A stretch of 64,000 nucleotides of DNA from Chitinophagales bacterium (GCA_015655015.1 JAATFV010000248.1:17012-81011), one strand, 5' to 3'; counted from the first letter of the stretch, positions 50,402 to 60,726 are shown. Notes: generated from the sequence alone by a model not told the origin. Numbers and translations: made by a program.

Positions 50402-51541
50402 TTACTGCGCCCCACCCACATCCCGCACACACCTGAATCCCAGGTTATTGGAGCCGCTGCTCTCCTCCCCCTTGCCGCGGCTCCCCGCCCGGTAACGGAT
50501 ACAATATTCATCACTGCACAAAAAAGACCCTCCCCGCTGCACCCTCTTAACAGCGCCCGGCTCATCCGGATCATAGCTGTCCGAAGGCCCTTTGGGATTG
50601 TCGGAAACATTCCCGGTATAATAATCCGGCCGGTAGTAATCAGCGCACCACTCCCATACATTTCCATCCATATCGAACAGCCCAAAAGGATTCGCCGGAA
50701 AGGACTCCACGGGCGCCACCCCTTCAAAACCATCCTGCTTGAGATTCTGATACGGAAATGTCCCCTGGAAAATATTGGCCACCCATTTGCCCCCGGGCCG
50801 CAAAGAATCACCCCAGTAAAAAGTATGATTGCCTTTTCCGCCGCGGGCCGCATACTCCCACTCGGCTTCCGTAGGCAGCCTTTTCCCCGCCCACTTCGCA
50901 TAGGCAACGGCATCCACATACGCTACCTGCGTCACCGGTTCGTGCCCGCGCCCTGCGATCGTGCTCCCCGGTCCCTTCGGATGCCTCCAATTCGCCTTCG
51001 GAACATACCGCCACCATACCAGCGGATTATCCAGCCCTACCGGATGGTCCGGCGGCGTGAACACAGCAGAGCCCGGCTTGAGCAAAGCCGTGTCCACACC
51101 CGGATAATCTTTAGGATTCAATGGCCGCTCGGCAACAGTTACATAACCCGTGGCCTTTACAAAAGCCGCAAACTGCGCATTCGTAACCTCATGCGCATCC
51201 ATATAAAACCCGCCCACCTTTACAGAATGCTCCGGAGCAGCATCCGCAAACCTGGGATCATTCGTCCCCATCAGATAGGTGCCTCCCGTTATCAATACCA
51301 TTTTACCGGTGTCTTTCCCTGCCGCCGCCGTGTAAGCTGCCGGCTTCGAGTACCCTGCCTGCTTCGCGTACCCGGCCGGCTTCGCCTGTAGCAGCAGCAA
51401 TTTCCTCGTGGCCGGAGATTTGCATAAATAACAGGTATCCGGCTTTGGAACGGAAGTCTGCGCAAACGCAACCGCCGACCACATCGCCCATAAAAATGTT
51501 ATGCCCAATTTTTTGTACCGCATATATTTTTTTACATTCAT
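50402..51541 (-). CDS. Formylglycine-generating enzyme (FGE/SUMF1 family) with signal peptide
   Basis: RLPTEAEWEYAARGG, GNVWEW, RGGSFLCSDEYCIRYR (both catalytic Cys), NLGFRC. Confidence 0.93.
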   Translation of the reverse strand: MNVKKYMRYKKLGITFLWAMWSAVAFAQTSVPKPDTCYLCKSPATRKLLLLQAKPAGYAKQAGYSKPAAYTAAAGKDTGKMVLITGGTYLMGTNDPRFADAAPEHSVKVGGFYMDAHEVTNAQFAAFVKATGYVTVAERPLNPKDYPGVDTALLKPGSAVFTPPDHPVGLDNPLVWWRYVPKANWRHPKGPGSTIAGRGHEPVTQVAYVDAVAYAKWAGKRLPTEAEWEYAARGGKGNHTFYWGDSLRPGGKWVANIFQGTFPYQNLKQDGFEGVAPVESFPANPFGLFDMDGNVWEWCADYYRPDYYTGNVSDNPKGPSDSYDPDEPGAVKRVQRGGSFLCSDEYCIRYRAGSRGKGEESSGSNNLGFRCVRDVGGAQ

Positions 51542-51543
51542 GA

Positions 51544-53082
51544 TCAATCCTCGCCTTTTCCTTTCCCTTTGCTATACGTCTGCTTATTGTTGTCCAGCTT
51601 CTCCGCCTCCGGGAACACTTTATAAAAATCCGCCAGCGCCAGCACTGTATCTTGCCTGTGTTGATAGTTGTCCAGCAATGGATCATGCGTCCTGGCCATC
51701 CACCGCAGCAAGTCCGCCCTGTATTGCGTGACCACTGTCGCAAACCCCGCTTTATCAATCAGGTTGTGAATACAATCGCCATCCTGCTCCAGATCATACA
51801 GTTCCTCCGGCTCCCGGATCTCCCACTCCCGCACCCTTTCCTTAACAAAGCTATCCGTCGCCGCGGCCGCCTCCATCGCCTTCATGGTAAGCCCTTCATT
51901 GTTATTCCGGTACACCCTCCCGCCATCCGCCCAGGCATTATAAATATAAAGAAACTTTTTGGTGGCAACACTTCTCATGGGAGTCGGTCCACCTCCCGCT
52001 TTGTAATCGATCTGCCCATAGATCCTGCCCCGATCGGCCTGCTTTTTTCCTTTGAGCAGCCCCAGGAATGATCTGCCATCGACCTTCGAAGGAGCAGGTA
52101 TTCCCAAAGCCTCCAATATAGTAGGGAAAAAATCAATAGACGCCACCATATCATCTCCATCGATACGGCCCGCTTTTGTCACACCCGGCCACCTCACCAG
52201 CAAAGGCGTCCTGTTGCTGGAATAATAGGCATTTGCCTTCGCAAAAGGAATGGCAATGCCGTTGTCCGACAGGAACACCACCAACGTATTCTCAGCCAGG
52301 CCGCTTTCCTCCAGCGCCTGTATTACCTTCCCAAAAGTATCATCCAGGCGCTTCGTGGAATTATAATAGTAGCTCAGCTCTTTTCTCACCAGCGGCAGGT
52401 CCGGCACAAAACCCGGTACACTGATCTCATCCGGATTATACAGGCGGGAAGGCAGCTCTTCACCATTCTTCAGGGGAATAGCCGGATCACAGAAAGGCCG
52501 GTGCGGGTCATGGGAGTTCACCATAAAGTAAAATGGCCTGTTCTCCTGCCGGCACTGCTTCAAAAACGCCACGGTCCTCGTATAATAGATAGACGGGCTC
52601 CGCCCATTTCCCAGATCCTGCTGATCGTATGCGTAATCCCACATAAAACTCTTCTTCGGCGTGGAATGCCCCACCTTTCCAAGAATGCCCGTCGCATATC
52701 CGTGCGCCCTTACTATTTCCATGATCAGCGGGATCGTGCTGGTGTCGTTCATTTTAAAAAATCCATTCACGCCGCTGTTATGCTCGTACAGCCCCGTAGC
52801 CAGTATGCCCCTGCTGGGCTGACATATGGCGGAATTGACAAAGGCCCGGTCGAATTTCAGCGCGCTTTGCGCAAACCCGTCGATGTTGGGGGATATATCC
52901 CGCACAGTGGACCCATAACACCCTAAACTGTTGCGATCGAGATCGTCTGCGGTAAACAAAAGAATGTTCAATGGCTTCGCACTGTCGGCATGCTCCCCCG
53001 ATGCAAGCACACGCGTAGCACTTAGCAGTAATACCCATAACAGGGACGCCCCCCTTACCTTAAACACGTAATGTAAGCTCAT
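51544..53082 (-). CDS. Cys-type S1 sulfatase (sulfamidase-like)
   Basis: NILLFTADD, CQPSRGILATG, DPHRP, SDNG. Confidence 0.92.
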   Translation of the reverse strand: MSLHYVFKVRGASLLWVLLLSATRVLASGEHADSAKPLNILLFTADDLDRNSLGCYGSTVRDISPNIDGFAQSALKFDRAFVNSAICQPSRGILATGLYEHNSGVNGFFKMNDTSTIPLIMEIVRAHGYATGILGKVGHSTPKKSFMWDYAYDQQDLGNGRSPSIYYTRTVAFLKQCRQENRPFYFMVNSHDPHRPFCDPAIPLKNGEELPSRLYNPDEISVPGFVPDLPLVRKELSYYYNSTKRLDDTFGKVIQALEESGLAENTLVVFLSDNGIAIPFAKANAYYSSNRTPLLVRWPGVTKAGRIDGDDMVASIDFFPTILEALGIPAPSKVDGRSFLGLLKGKKQADRGRIYGQIDYKAGGGPTPMRSVATKKFLYIYNAWADGGRVYRNNNEGLTMKAMEAAAATDSFVKERVREWEIREPEELYDLEQDGDCIHNLIDKAGFATVVTQYRADLLRWMARTHDPLLDNYQHRQDTVLALADFYKVFPEAEKLDNNKQTYSKGKGKGED

Positions 53083-53250
53083 ACAGTATCAATTTACCTA
53101 TTCATTCAGCAATTTACTTTGCGGCAGCTATTCCGTTAATGCCGGATTAATGGAAAGGCCATTGGCATCCATCCATGAACATTGAAAAAGCCCCTATAGA
53201 AATAAGGGCTAACCAAAATAACAGCTATAGAGAACGAGTTTATAAAAATA

Positions 53251-54891
53251 TTATAACGCCTTTTCGAACTCCTTCAACGCTTCCTGGTCATCAGATAATA
53301 AGATCTGTTTTTTCAAACGATCCTTCAAATCCTGCTCGATCACAGCATGCTGTTTGTCCCCATATATATTATGCAGCTCGTTAGGGTCTTTTTTCAGATC
53401 GAAGAGCTCCCAGCTCTCCACACCTTTATAGAACCTCGCCAGCACATAATCTTTTGTCCTTATCCCAAAATGGGGGGAAACATGGTGCGGCTCCGGATAT
53501 TCATAGTAATGATAATATACATCCTTCCGCCAATCCCCAACATCCTTCTTTAACAGCAGCGGCAAAAATGACCGCCCCTGGATCTCCGCCGGCACAGGAG
53601 TATGGGCGATATCGAGAATGGTTGGCGCCCAGTCCACATTTGAGATCAGGTTATCTACCCGCGTTCCCGGTTTGATGTGACCGGGATAACGCACTACGAA
53701 CGCCGTACGAAGGGATTCATCATAAATAAAACGCTTGTCGAACCACCCGTGCTCGCCAAGGTAAAAACCCTGGTCGGAGGCATAGATCACCACCGTGTTC
53801 TTCGCCAGCCCCGTACTGTCCAGGTAGTCCAGGATGCGCCCGATATTGCGGTCCAGCGATTTAGCCGTCGCATAGTAGTCTTTCAGATAACGTTCAAATT
53901 TCCATTTCACCAGCTCTTTTCCTGTCAGATGTTTCTCATCGAACTCCTTGCTGATCTTTTTTTCATAATAGTCGTTATAGGCCTTGCTTTGCTCCTCATC
54001 CAGCCGCCCATAAGGCGACCACCTCCCATATAAACGCAGGATCTGGCTGTCCGTCGGATGAGCGTCCGGCGAGTTGCGGGTCAGGTATTTGATATATTGC
54101 TGACGCGTCTTTTCATCGATTGCCCCGCCTATCCCTGCATGCACTTTCAGATCTTCTTTCAACCGCATGGTCTTGTCGATCGTCATATCCTGATCTTTGG
54201 CCGCCAGCCGCCGGTCATAGTTATCGTAGAAAGTCTCCGGCAGCGGGAAGTCGATATTGTCATAGGCGCCAAGATCCTGTATATCGGGAAGCCATTCCCG
54301 GTGCGTAGCCTTTTCTCCCACCACCGCAAAGAACGGCTTCGAAGTATCCCGCTGCTCCAGCCAGTTAAAGAAGAAATCCGAGATCAGGTTGGTCACATAT
54401 CCTTTGTATTGGATCGTGTCATTATGATTATTGATAAAATCAGGGTTGTAATATATCCCCTGGCCGGGCAGAATATTAAAATAATCAAATCCTATCGGCA
54501 GACTGCCCAGATGCAGCTTCCCGATCCATGCAGTCTGATAGCCATTTTGCTGCAGGAGGACCGGGAAGGTCTCCTGGTGTACGTCAAAAGTCCGTTCGTT
54601 CAGCGTATAGCCATTTTTATGGCTGTACTTACCTGTCAGCAACGTAGCCCTGCTGGGACCGCAGATGGAGTTGGCGACGAAGTTATTAAGCAGCAGCGCC
54701 CCTTCATGGGCGATCCTGTCGATATTGGGCGTTTGGACATATTTATTGCCATAGGCGCTTGTCGCCTGGTACGCATGATCATCGGAGAGGATAAAGATAA
54801 TATTCGGCCGCTGCTGCTGCCCGATAACGTCTGTATTCCGGAACAGGAGCGACAGCAATGCGACGCTTGATAGAAAATATAATCTTCTCAT
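53251..54891 (-). CDS. Cys-type S1 sulfatase (GlcNAc-6-sulfatase-like)
   Basis: PNIIFILSDDH, CGPSRATLLTG, SDQGFYLGEHGWFDKR, YYHYYEYP. Confidence 0.93.
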   Translation of the reverse strand: MRRLYFLSSVALLSLLFRNTDVIGQQQRPNIIFILSDDHAYQATSAYGNKYVQTPNIDRIAHEGALLLNNFVANSICGPSRATLLTGKYSHKNGYTLNERTFDVHQETFPVLLQQNGYQTAWIGKLHLGSLPIGFDYFNILPGQGIYYNPDFINNHNDTIQYKGYVTNLISDFFFNWLEQRDTSKPFFAVVGEKATHREWLPDIQDLGAYDNIDFPLPETFYDNYDRRLAAKDQDMTIDKTMRLKEDLKVHAGIGGAIDEKTRQQYIKYLTRNSPDAHPTDSQILRLYGRWSPYGRLDEEQSKAYNDYYEKKISKEFDEKHLTGKELVKWKFERYLKDYYATAKSLDRNIGRILDYLDSTGLAKNTVVIYASDQGFYLGEHGWFDKRFIYDESLRTAFVVRYPGHIKPGTRVDNLISNVDWAPTILDIAHTPVPAEIQGRSFLPLLLKKDVGDWRKDVYYHYYEYPEPHHVSPHFGIRTKDYVLARFYKGVESWELFDLKKDPNELHNIYGDKQHAVIEQDLKDRLKKQILLSDDQEALKEFEKAL

Positions 54892-54924
54892 ACTATGTTG
54901 TTTTAATTTATTTATTGCTTTAAT

Positions 54925-56391
54925 TTATTTATACCCGTCATTTTGCGTCAGGTTCTTGTTCACATCTATTTCCGCCTGCGGCAGCGGGAAAAGAACATTG
55001 TAGCTATTGACCGTGATGCCCTTGGTCGCCAGCAGACTGATCAGCTTGCCCGTCCTGACCAGGTCGAACCATCGGTGATCTTCAAAACCGAATTCCCACC
55101 TCCTTTCATTGAGAATGGAGTCCCTGAACGCCTCCTGGGAAAGACCGGCCAGGTCGACGGAAACATCCGGGGTATTGATACCTTTTCCAAATGCCCGCCT
55201 GCGGATCTTATTCACGGCTTCCAGCGCCTCCGCTGTCGGACCCTGGATTTCATTAATGGATTCAGCATAGGTCAGCAACAGATCGGCATACCGGATAACC
55301 GGGTATTCCAGGGATCCTTCCCCAAGATTGGTCAGTGCGGAAGAATCGAAGAATTTAAACCAATGCGGCTGGAAAGTCACCAGCCCCCCGCCTGCATCAT
55401 ACTGGGTAAAAAAGGTCCGGTCCTTCCTGAGGTCGCCCGCCTTAAAGCTATTGTAAAATTCGGTCGTCGGTACGTCGGCGCTATTCCCGCCGAGATAAGT
55501 GCCGTCCGCAAACTTAATGGTTGACCGTGGTAAAAACAACGCCAGCGCAAACCCATTCGCCGAACCGGTATTACCCAGATTCTCTACGGCAAAGACCAGC
55601 TCTTTATTATGGCGGTTGCCGGGAGAAAATATATTGAAATAGTTATCCAGTAACGCGTACTCCGAAGCAGGCAGGTCCAACACCTTTTTTGCTTCTATTT
55701 TCGCACTGTCGTACTTTCCGAGGGTCAGATATACTTTCGACAATAGTCCGGAGGCCGCCGCACTGGTCGCCCGCCCCGCAGCGGCAGCCGTATTCGCCTC
55801 ATCGAGGTATAACTCACCGTACTGAAGATCCGTAATGATCTGCCGGTACACATTGTCCACCGGCTCCCTGGATGGATACGCACCAGCGACATCCGTTACC
55901 GGATGCAGGACCAGTGGAACCGGACCGAATAACCGGACCAGGTTAAAATACAACAATCCCCTTACAAATTTAGCCTGCCCGATCAGCTTATTTTTTCGGC
56001 CCTCATCAAAATTGATGGCAGGGATCTTATCGATGGCCGTGTTGGCATCGGCGATCGTCGCGTATAAAGACTGGTATAATACCTGGATGCGGTCATTGAC
56101 CGGTCCGTGTGTATAAGCTTTCAGGGCCCTGATATAGGCATTGGCCACGCCAATCCCGCATTCTGCATTATCGGTGGTAAGCTCCGCCAGCAGGTAAATT
56201 CCCCTGTAATATATATTCCATTGGTCGTTAAGACCATCATATACGGAAGTCACAGCAGCCTGGGCATCGGCTTCCGTTTTATAGAAATTGTTGTCCGTCA
56301 GCGTTCCTTTTGGATTCTCCACCAGGAACTTTTTGCAGGAAGTCAGGCCTGACACGACGAGTAGTAATAGCGAATAGAAAAAATATTTCAT
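54925..56391 (-). CDS. SusD/RagB lipoprotein
   Basis: LTSC lipobox, IRYADLLL, ERRWEFGFEDHRWFDLVR. Start may be 56412. Confidence 0.95.
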   Translation of the reverse strand: MKYFFYSLLLLVVSGLTSCKKFLVENPKGTLTDNNFYKTEADAQAAVTSVYDGLNDQWNIYYRGIYLLAELTTDNAECGIGVANAYIRALKAYTHGPVNDRIQVLYQSLYATIADANTAIDKIPAINFDEGRKNKLIGQAKFVRGLLYFNLVRLFGPVPLVLHPVTDVAGAYPSREPVDNVYRQIITDLQYGELYLDEANTAAAAGRATSAAASGLLSKVYLTLGKYDSAKIEAKKVLDLPASEYALLDNYFNIFSPGNRHNKELVFAVENLGNTGSANGFALALFLPRSTIKFADGTYLGGNSADVPTTEFYNSFKAGDLRKDRTFFTQYDAGGGLVTFQPHWFKFFDSSALTNLGEGSLEYPVIRYADLLLTYAESINEIQGPTAEALEAVNKIRRRAFGKGINTPDVSVDLAGLSQEAFRDSILNERRWEFGFEDHRWFDLVRTGKLISLLATKGITVNSYNVLFPLPQAEIDVNKNLTQNDGYK

Positions 56392-56448
56392 CTTGATAGA
56401 TTTATGATTCATAAGTTCCCGGAAGCTTATTCATTCGTTCCCGGCCGT

Positions 56449-59400
56449 TTACAGGTCCAGGTTAATACCCAATGTATAGGTCTTTGCGCTGGGGTAGGCA
56501 TCCGAATCGATACCACGCAGTATATTGTTCTGACCAAATTGATTTACCTCCGGATCATACCCCGTATAACCGGTAATGGTCAGTAAATTCTGGGCAGTGG
56601 CATAAATTCTCAGCCGGTTGAAATGCAGCGTTCTCAATACTTTGTCGGGCAAATTGTATCCAAGGGTCAACGTTCCCAGCCTCAGGTAGGAACCGTCTTC
56701 TATCTGCGCACTGGAAAAAAGAAACGCCCGGTTGGTGCTGGCCCTCGGGATCGTATTGCTGGGATTAGTCGGCGTCCATCTGTCTTTTACCCGCAACGAG
56801 CTGTTTTTTTGCCCCGTCGGCAGATCCAGGTCCGCCCGGGTACTGTTCAGGATAGAGTTTCCCTGCACCCAGTTCAGGGACGCGCTCACTTCAAATCCTC
56901 TATAGGAAAGGGTATTGATCAACCCTCCGAAATAGCGGGGATTGGCATTGCCGATAAATGTCCGGTCACTGGCATCGAGCTTCCCATCACGGGTTACATC
57001 CTTGTATTTCCGGTCTCCCGGCTGGGCGGTTGGCTGAGGGCTGGATGCGATATTATCCTTCGTTTGAAAAATGCCGTCGCTGACATAACCATAGAAAGAA
57101 TTCAACGCACGGCCAGGCACGATAATAATGGGATCGGACACCTTTAAATACCCGTTGATCTCGCCGGTCAGGATCCGATCTACCGGTCCGAGATCGAGCA
57201 CCTTATTGCTATTGGTCGCTATATTGAAGCCGACATTCCATTGCAGCGGAGAGGAAGGTTCCAGCACCGACGCATTGACGGAGAATTCAATCCCCTTGTT
57301 CCGCAGACTGCCGATATTCTGGATGGCCGTCGAAAAACCGGAAGAGAACGGGATCGATACATTCAGCAGCATATCTGTCGTCTTCTTATAATAGGCATCG
57401 ATGGTAAAATTCAGCCTGTTGTGCAATAGCCCTACATCCAGTCCCAGGTCCGACTGAGCCGTGCTCTCCCATTTAAGGTCTTTGTTGGCAATACCGGCAG
57501 GCGAAAATCCTTTGATCACCTGGTCTCCGATAATGTAGCTGGTGGTGGACAAAGTCGCCAGGGACTGATAGCTGCCTATTTCCTGGTTACCGGTCACTCC
57601 ATAGCTGTAACGTACTTTCAGATCGTCAAACCAATGCAGGTCCTCGATGAACTTCTCTTTCGACAGTTTCCAGGCGACAGCCCCCGATGGAAAGAAACCA
57701 TACTTATGGTTGGCGCCGAACTTGGAAGATCCATCCGACCGGACCGACAGGGTTAACAGGTATTTATCCTCAAAGCTGTAATTGATACGGCCCAGATAGG
57801 AAATAAGACTCCAGCTGTTGTACGTCGACGTAGGAGTGTTGATCAGCGAACCGGAGGACAGATTGTCTGCGCCCAGGATGTCGTTCACAAACCCCGAAGC
57901 AGACCCATACAGGGACTCGCGGGTATATTTTTGCGCCGTAAATCCAACTACCGCATTGATCGCATGTTTTCCGAAATGTTTGTCGAAATTCAAGGTGTTC
58001 TCTGTCAGCCAGGTAAAGGAGTTGACAGAAGAAACTTTTGCAAGCCCCCCTACATTATTACCTGTCAGCGTCGTTCTCGGCGCGTAGTACTTTTCTTTGT
58101 TGTTGATGATATCTCCGCCAAAGCTGGTACGGAAAGAGAGAAAATCCAGTATCTTATAGCTCGCAAAGAGGTTGCCCAGCGTTCTATAGGTCGAGGAATG
58201 ATTGGTCAGCTCCCTGGCTGTGGCAATAGGATTGCCGATCGGTATCCCCCGGTCACTCTGCATGACATAGGTCCCGTCCGCATTATAGACCGGCAGGATG
58301 GGACTAAAATCCAAAGCCGATACCACTGCCCCCTGGGTTCCTTCGCCGCCCCCGGAGGAAGTATAGGCCTGGTTGCCGCCGGTATTGGCAAGAGACAGAT
58401 TCCAACCAAAGCTTAGCCTGCTGGTCGCATTGGATTCAAAATTAAAACGGGCGGCATATCTCTTAAAATCGGAATTAATAACGATCCCGTCCTGGTCAAA
58501 AAAATTCAGCGAAGCGGAGTACTTTGTCTTTTCATTTCCGCCTGACAAGGATAGCTGATAATTCTGAAGATGGGCTTTTCTGAACAGCAGGTCCTGCCAA
58601 TCGGTTCCCGCGCCGAGCGCATTGATCGAGTCCTGGGAATACACCTGCGCACCATTCGCGTCATTGACCAGCTGAGCATATTGCTTCGCATTCAACAACG
58701 AAATTTTCTTTCTCACCTTTTGGATGCCTGCATTGACGTTCAGGCTGATCTTCAACGGGCCGGCAGTCCCCTTTTTGGTCGTCACCAGGATGACCCCGTT
58801 AGCGCCGCGGGCGCCGTAGATAGCTTCTGCCGAGGCATCCTTCAGGATCTGGATCGATACGATATCATTCGGATTGATGAGAGCAAGCGCATTGGACTTA
58901 TTGCCTACCGTCGCAGTTCCCGCAGCCGCGTCATTGTCATTATACACCGGATACCCATCGATCACATAAAGAGGCTCGCTGCCTGTGTTGATGGAGTTGC
59001 TTCCACGAATTCTGACAGAAGCTATCCCTCCCGGCTCATTGGACGTCGAAGTCACCTGTACACCGGAGGAAAGCCCCTTTATACCGTTGTCAAAAGAAAC
59101 GACCGGCGTCCTTTTAAAATCGGATTCGGATATCGAGCTGATGGCCCCGGTAAGGTCCCTCCTTTTCTGTGTGCCATAACCCACGACCACGACGTCATCC
59201 AGACTTTGTGCTGCCGCAACGAGCTGTATATTGACCCGTGACTGGCTGACGGTTATTTCCTGCGATTGATATCCGATGGACCCGGCTTGCACGATGTAGG
59301 GAAAATGCTGCCCGGTCTTCAGGGTGAACCTCCCCTTGCTGTCGGTCACCGTCTGGTTGGTGGTTCCTTTGATGCCTATGGTCACCCCTTCCAGCGCGGC

Positions 59401-59592
59401 ATTGGTTTTAGTATCGGTTACAGTTCCCTCCAATACGGAATTGATGACAGGTGCAGGTTGCTGTGAAAATAAGATCGCGGGGAAGGCCAGCCATAGCAAA
59501 ATGGCTGATCCTCCCCATCTCAGCACCGGACTTCGTTTGTTAACGGGAAGTTTTTGCGATCCGGGATCGCACGGAACAGTTAGTTTTTGCAT
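56449..59592 (-). CDS. SusC/RagA TonB-dependent transporter (no N-terminal signalling domain)
   Basis: VVVGYGTQ, ILKDASAEAIYGARGANGV, LKWEST, YTGYDPE. Confidence 0.96.
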   Translation of the reverse strand: MQKLTVPCDPGSQKLPVNKRSPVLRWGGSAILLWLAFPAILFSQQPAPVINSVLEGTVTDTKTNAALEGVTIGIKGTTNQTVTDSKGRFTLKTGQHFPYIVQAGSIGYQSQEITVSQSRVNIQLVAAAQSLDDVVVVGYGTQKRRDLTGAISSISESDFKRTPVVSFDNGIKGLSSGVQVTSTSNEPGGIASVRIRGSNSINTGSEPLYVIDGYPVYNDNDAAAGTATVGNKSNALALINPNDIVSIQILKDASAEAIYGARGANGVILVTTKKGTAGPLKISLNVNAGIQKVRKKISLLNAKQYAQLVNDANGAQVYSQDSINALGAGTDWQDLLFRKAHLQNYQLSLSGGNEKTKYSASLNFFDQDGIVINSDFKRYAARFNFESNATSRLSFGWNLSLANTGGNQAYTSSGGGEGTQGAVVSALDFSPILPVYNADGTYVMQSDRGIPIGNPIATARELTNHSSTYRTLGNLFASYKILDFLSFRTSFGGDIINNKEKYYAPRTTLTGNNVGGLAKVSSVNSFTWLTENTLNFDKHFGKHAINAVVGFTAQKYTRESLYGSASGFVNDILGADNLSSGSLINTPTSTYNSWSLISYLGRINYSFEDKYLLTLSVRSDGSSKFGANHKYGFFPSGAVAWKLSKEKFIEDLHWFDDLKVRYSYGVTGNQEIGSYQSLATLSTTSYIIGDQVIKGFSPAGIANKDLKWESTAQSDLGLDVGLLHNRLNFTIDAYYKKTTDMLLNVSIPFSSGFSTAIQNIGSLRNKGIEFSVNASVLEPSSPLQWNVGFNIATNSNKVLDLGPVDRILTGEINGYLKVSDPIIIVPGRALNSFYGYVSDGIFQTKDNIASSPQPTAQPGDRKYKDVTRDGKLDASDRTFIGNANPRYFGGLINTLSYRGFEVSASLNWVQGNSILNSTRADLDLPTGQKNSSLRVKDRWTPTNPSNTIPRASTNRAFLFSSAQIEDGSYLRLGTLTLGYNLPDKVLRTLHFNRLRIYATAQNLLTITGYTGYDPEVNQFGQNNILRGIDSDAYPSAKTYTLGINLDL

Positions 59593-59650
59593 AATTTTGA
59601 ACAGTTAAGAATGATGATATGTTTTAAGAGACGTATGTACAAGCTTGACG

Positions 59651-59681
59651 ACGGGCGGAGCGCTACAACGCTGCCGCCCAT
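59651..59681 (-). other. 5'-leader hairpin between the Cys-rich uORF and susC
   Basis: Minus strand ATGGGCGGCAGCGTTGTAGCGCTCCGCCCGT, preceded by an A-run. Confidence 0.65.
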
Positions 59682-59723
59682 TTTATTTCAAGCCATTTCT
59701 ACCAGATAGTATAGTGGATGGGA

Positions 59724-59843
59724 TCAACAACAACCACAACAACCCGCATTATAGCAGAATTTCCCATTAAGGAGAGATGGTAACGAAGAATTACATTTTT
59801 CGGCCGTCACTGACAGGATGCCCCGGCGGGATGCTTTTTTCAT
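59724..59843 (-). CDS. 39-aa Cys-rich leader peptide upstream of the sulfatase locus
   Basis: MKKASRRGILSVTAEKCNSSLPSLLNGKFCYNAGCCGCC-stop; A-rich initiation region; stop 131 nt before the susC ATG. Confidence 0.7.
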   Translation of the reverse strand: MKKASRRGILSVTAEKCNSSLPSLLNGKFCYNAGCCGCC

Positions 59844-59887
59844 CTTGTAAATTATTTTATTGTTTGCCAGTGGCTGACAACCAAATA

Positions 59888-59906
59888 GTCTACTAAAATA
59901 GTAGAC
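59888..59906. promoter_or_regulatory. Palindromic operator-like site
   Basis: GTCTACTA-AAA-TAGTAGAC, perfect 8-bp arms, 44 nt upstream of the leader ATG. Confidence 0.7.
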
Positions 59907-60052
59907 AAATTTAAAAAAGAATTTTAACAAAAAAAATGTTTTTTCATGCTGCTAAGCCACTAACTGGCAATCCCTGCAGCCTTTTCCCGAAGAATTTGAC
60001 CGCTGACGCCACCTCGCCAGGTATAGCCCAAAAATCATTATTTTTGATTTCG

Positions 60053-60643
60053 ATGCTTGAAAATGAAAACATACCGGAAGACACCTATGCTGACCGCCTG
60101 CGAACCGGTGACGAGGCCGCCTTTCAGTATGTGATGAGCCGTTATTTTGCAGTGATCACCTCCTTTGCCAAAAGATTGATGTTTAACCAGGCCGCCGCCG
60201 AGGACGTCGCGGTGGAAACTTTTATCAAATTATGGCACAATCATGCGGGCGTGGGCAATTTTCAGTCCATTAAAGCCTTCCTTTTTATCACAGCCCGCAA
60301 CGCCTGTTTCAACGAACTCCGGAAAGAGAAAAATAAAGACCGTAAGCACAATGGCTTTGCAGCCAGCCAGGACCAGGCTGAATGGATCGACCAGGAAATC
60401 ATAAGGGCCGAAGTAAAGGCGGAAATCTATAAGGCAGTCGATTTGCTGCCCAAAAAGATGAAAAGAGTCTTCCAGCTGGGGTTTATAGAAGGCCTGCCCA
60501 ACCGGGAGATTGCCCGGTTGCTGGACTTATCGGTCAACACCGTCAAAGCCCAAAAGTCCCGGGCCCTGGAACTTGTCAAAGAACAGTTACAGGGCAAGGA
60601 TATCCTCCCCACCATCGTCACCCTGGTCTTATTTCTTCAATAA
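60053..60643 (+). CDS. ECF sigma-70 factor
   Basis: GDEAAF, AEDVAVETFIKLW, ARNACFN, EIARLLDLSVNTVK. Confidence 0.94.
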   Translation: MLENENIPEDTYADRLRTGDEAAFQYVMSRYFAVITSFAKRLMFNQAAAEDVAVETFIKLWHNHAGVGNFQSIKAFLFITARNACFNELRKEKNKDRKHNGFAASQDQAEWIDQEIIRAEVKAEIYKAVDLLPKKMKRVFQLGFIEGLPNREIARLLDLSVNTVKAQKSRALELVKEQLQGKDILPTIVTLVLFLQ

Positions 60644-60726
60644 ATAAAAAAAATCCGCCGGACTAACCCAAAATCATTTCAGCTGTGTATCTACTAAAGT
60701 GTGGTAGTTACCAACGCAAACTGATT

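Noticed and set aside
50333-51391. 352-aa plus-strand ORF
   Set aside because: Antisense shadow of the FGE gene.
59844-59930. Longer 68-aa version of the Cys-rich ORF from a TTG start
   Set aside because: Runs through the palindrome and probable promoter region; ATG 59843 has a better A-rich context.
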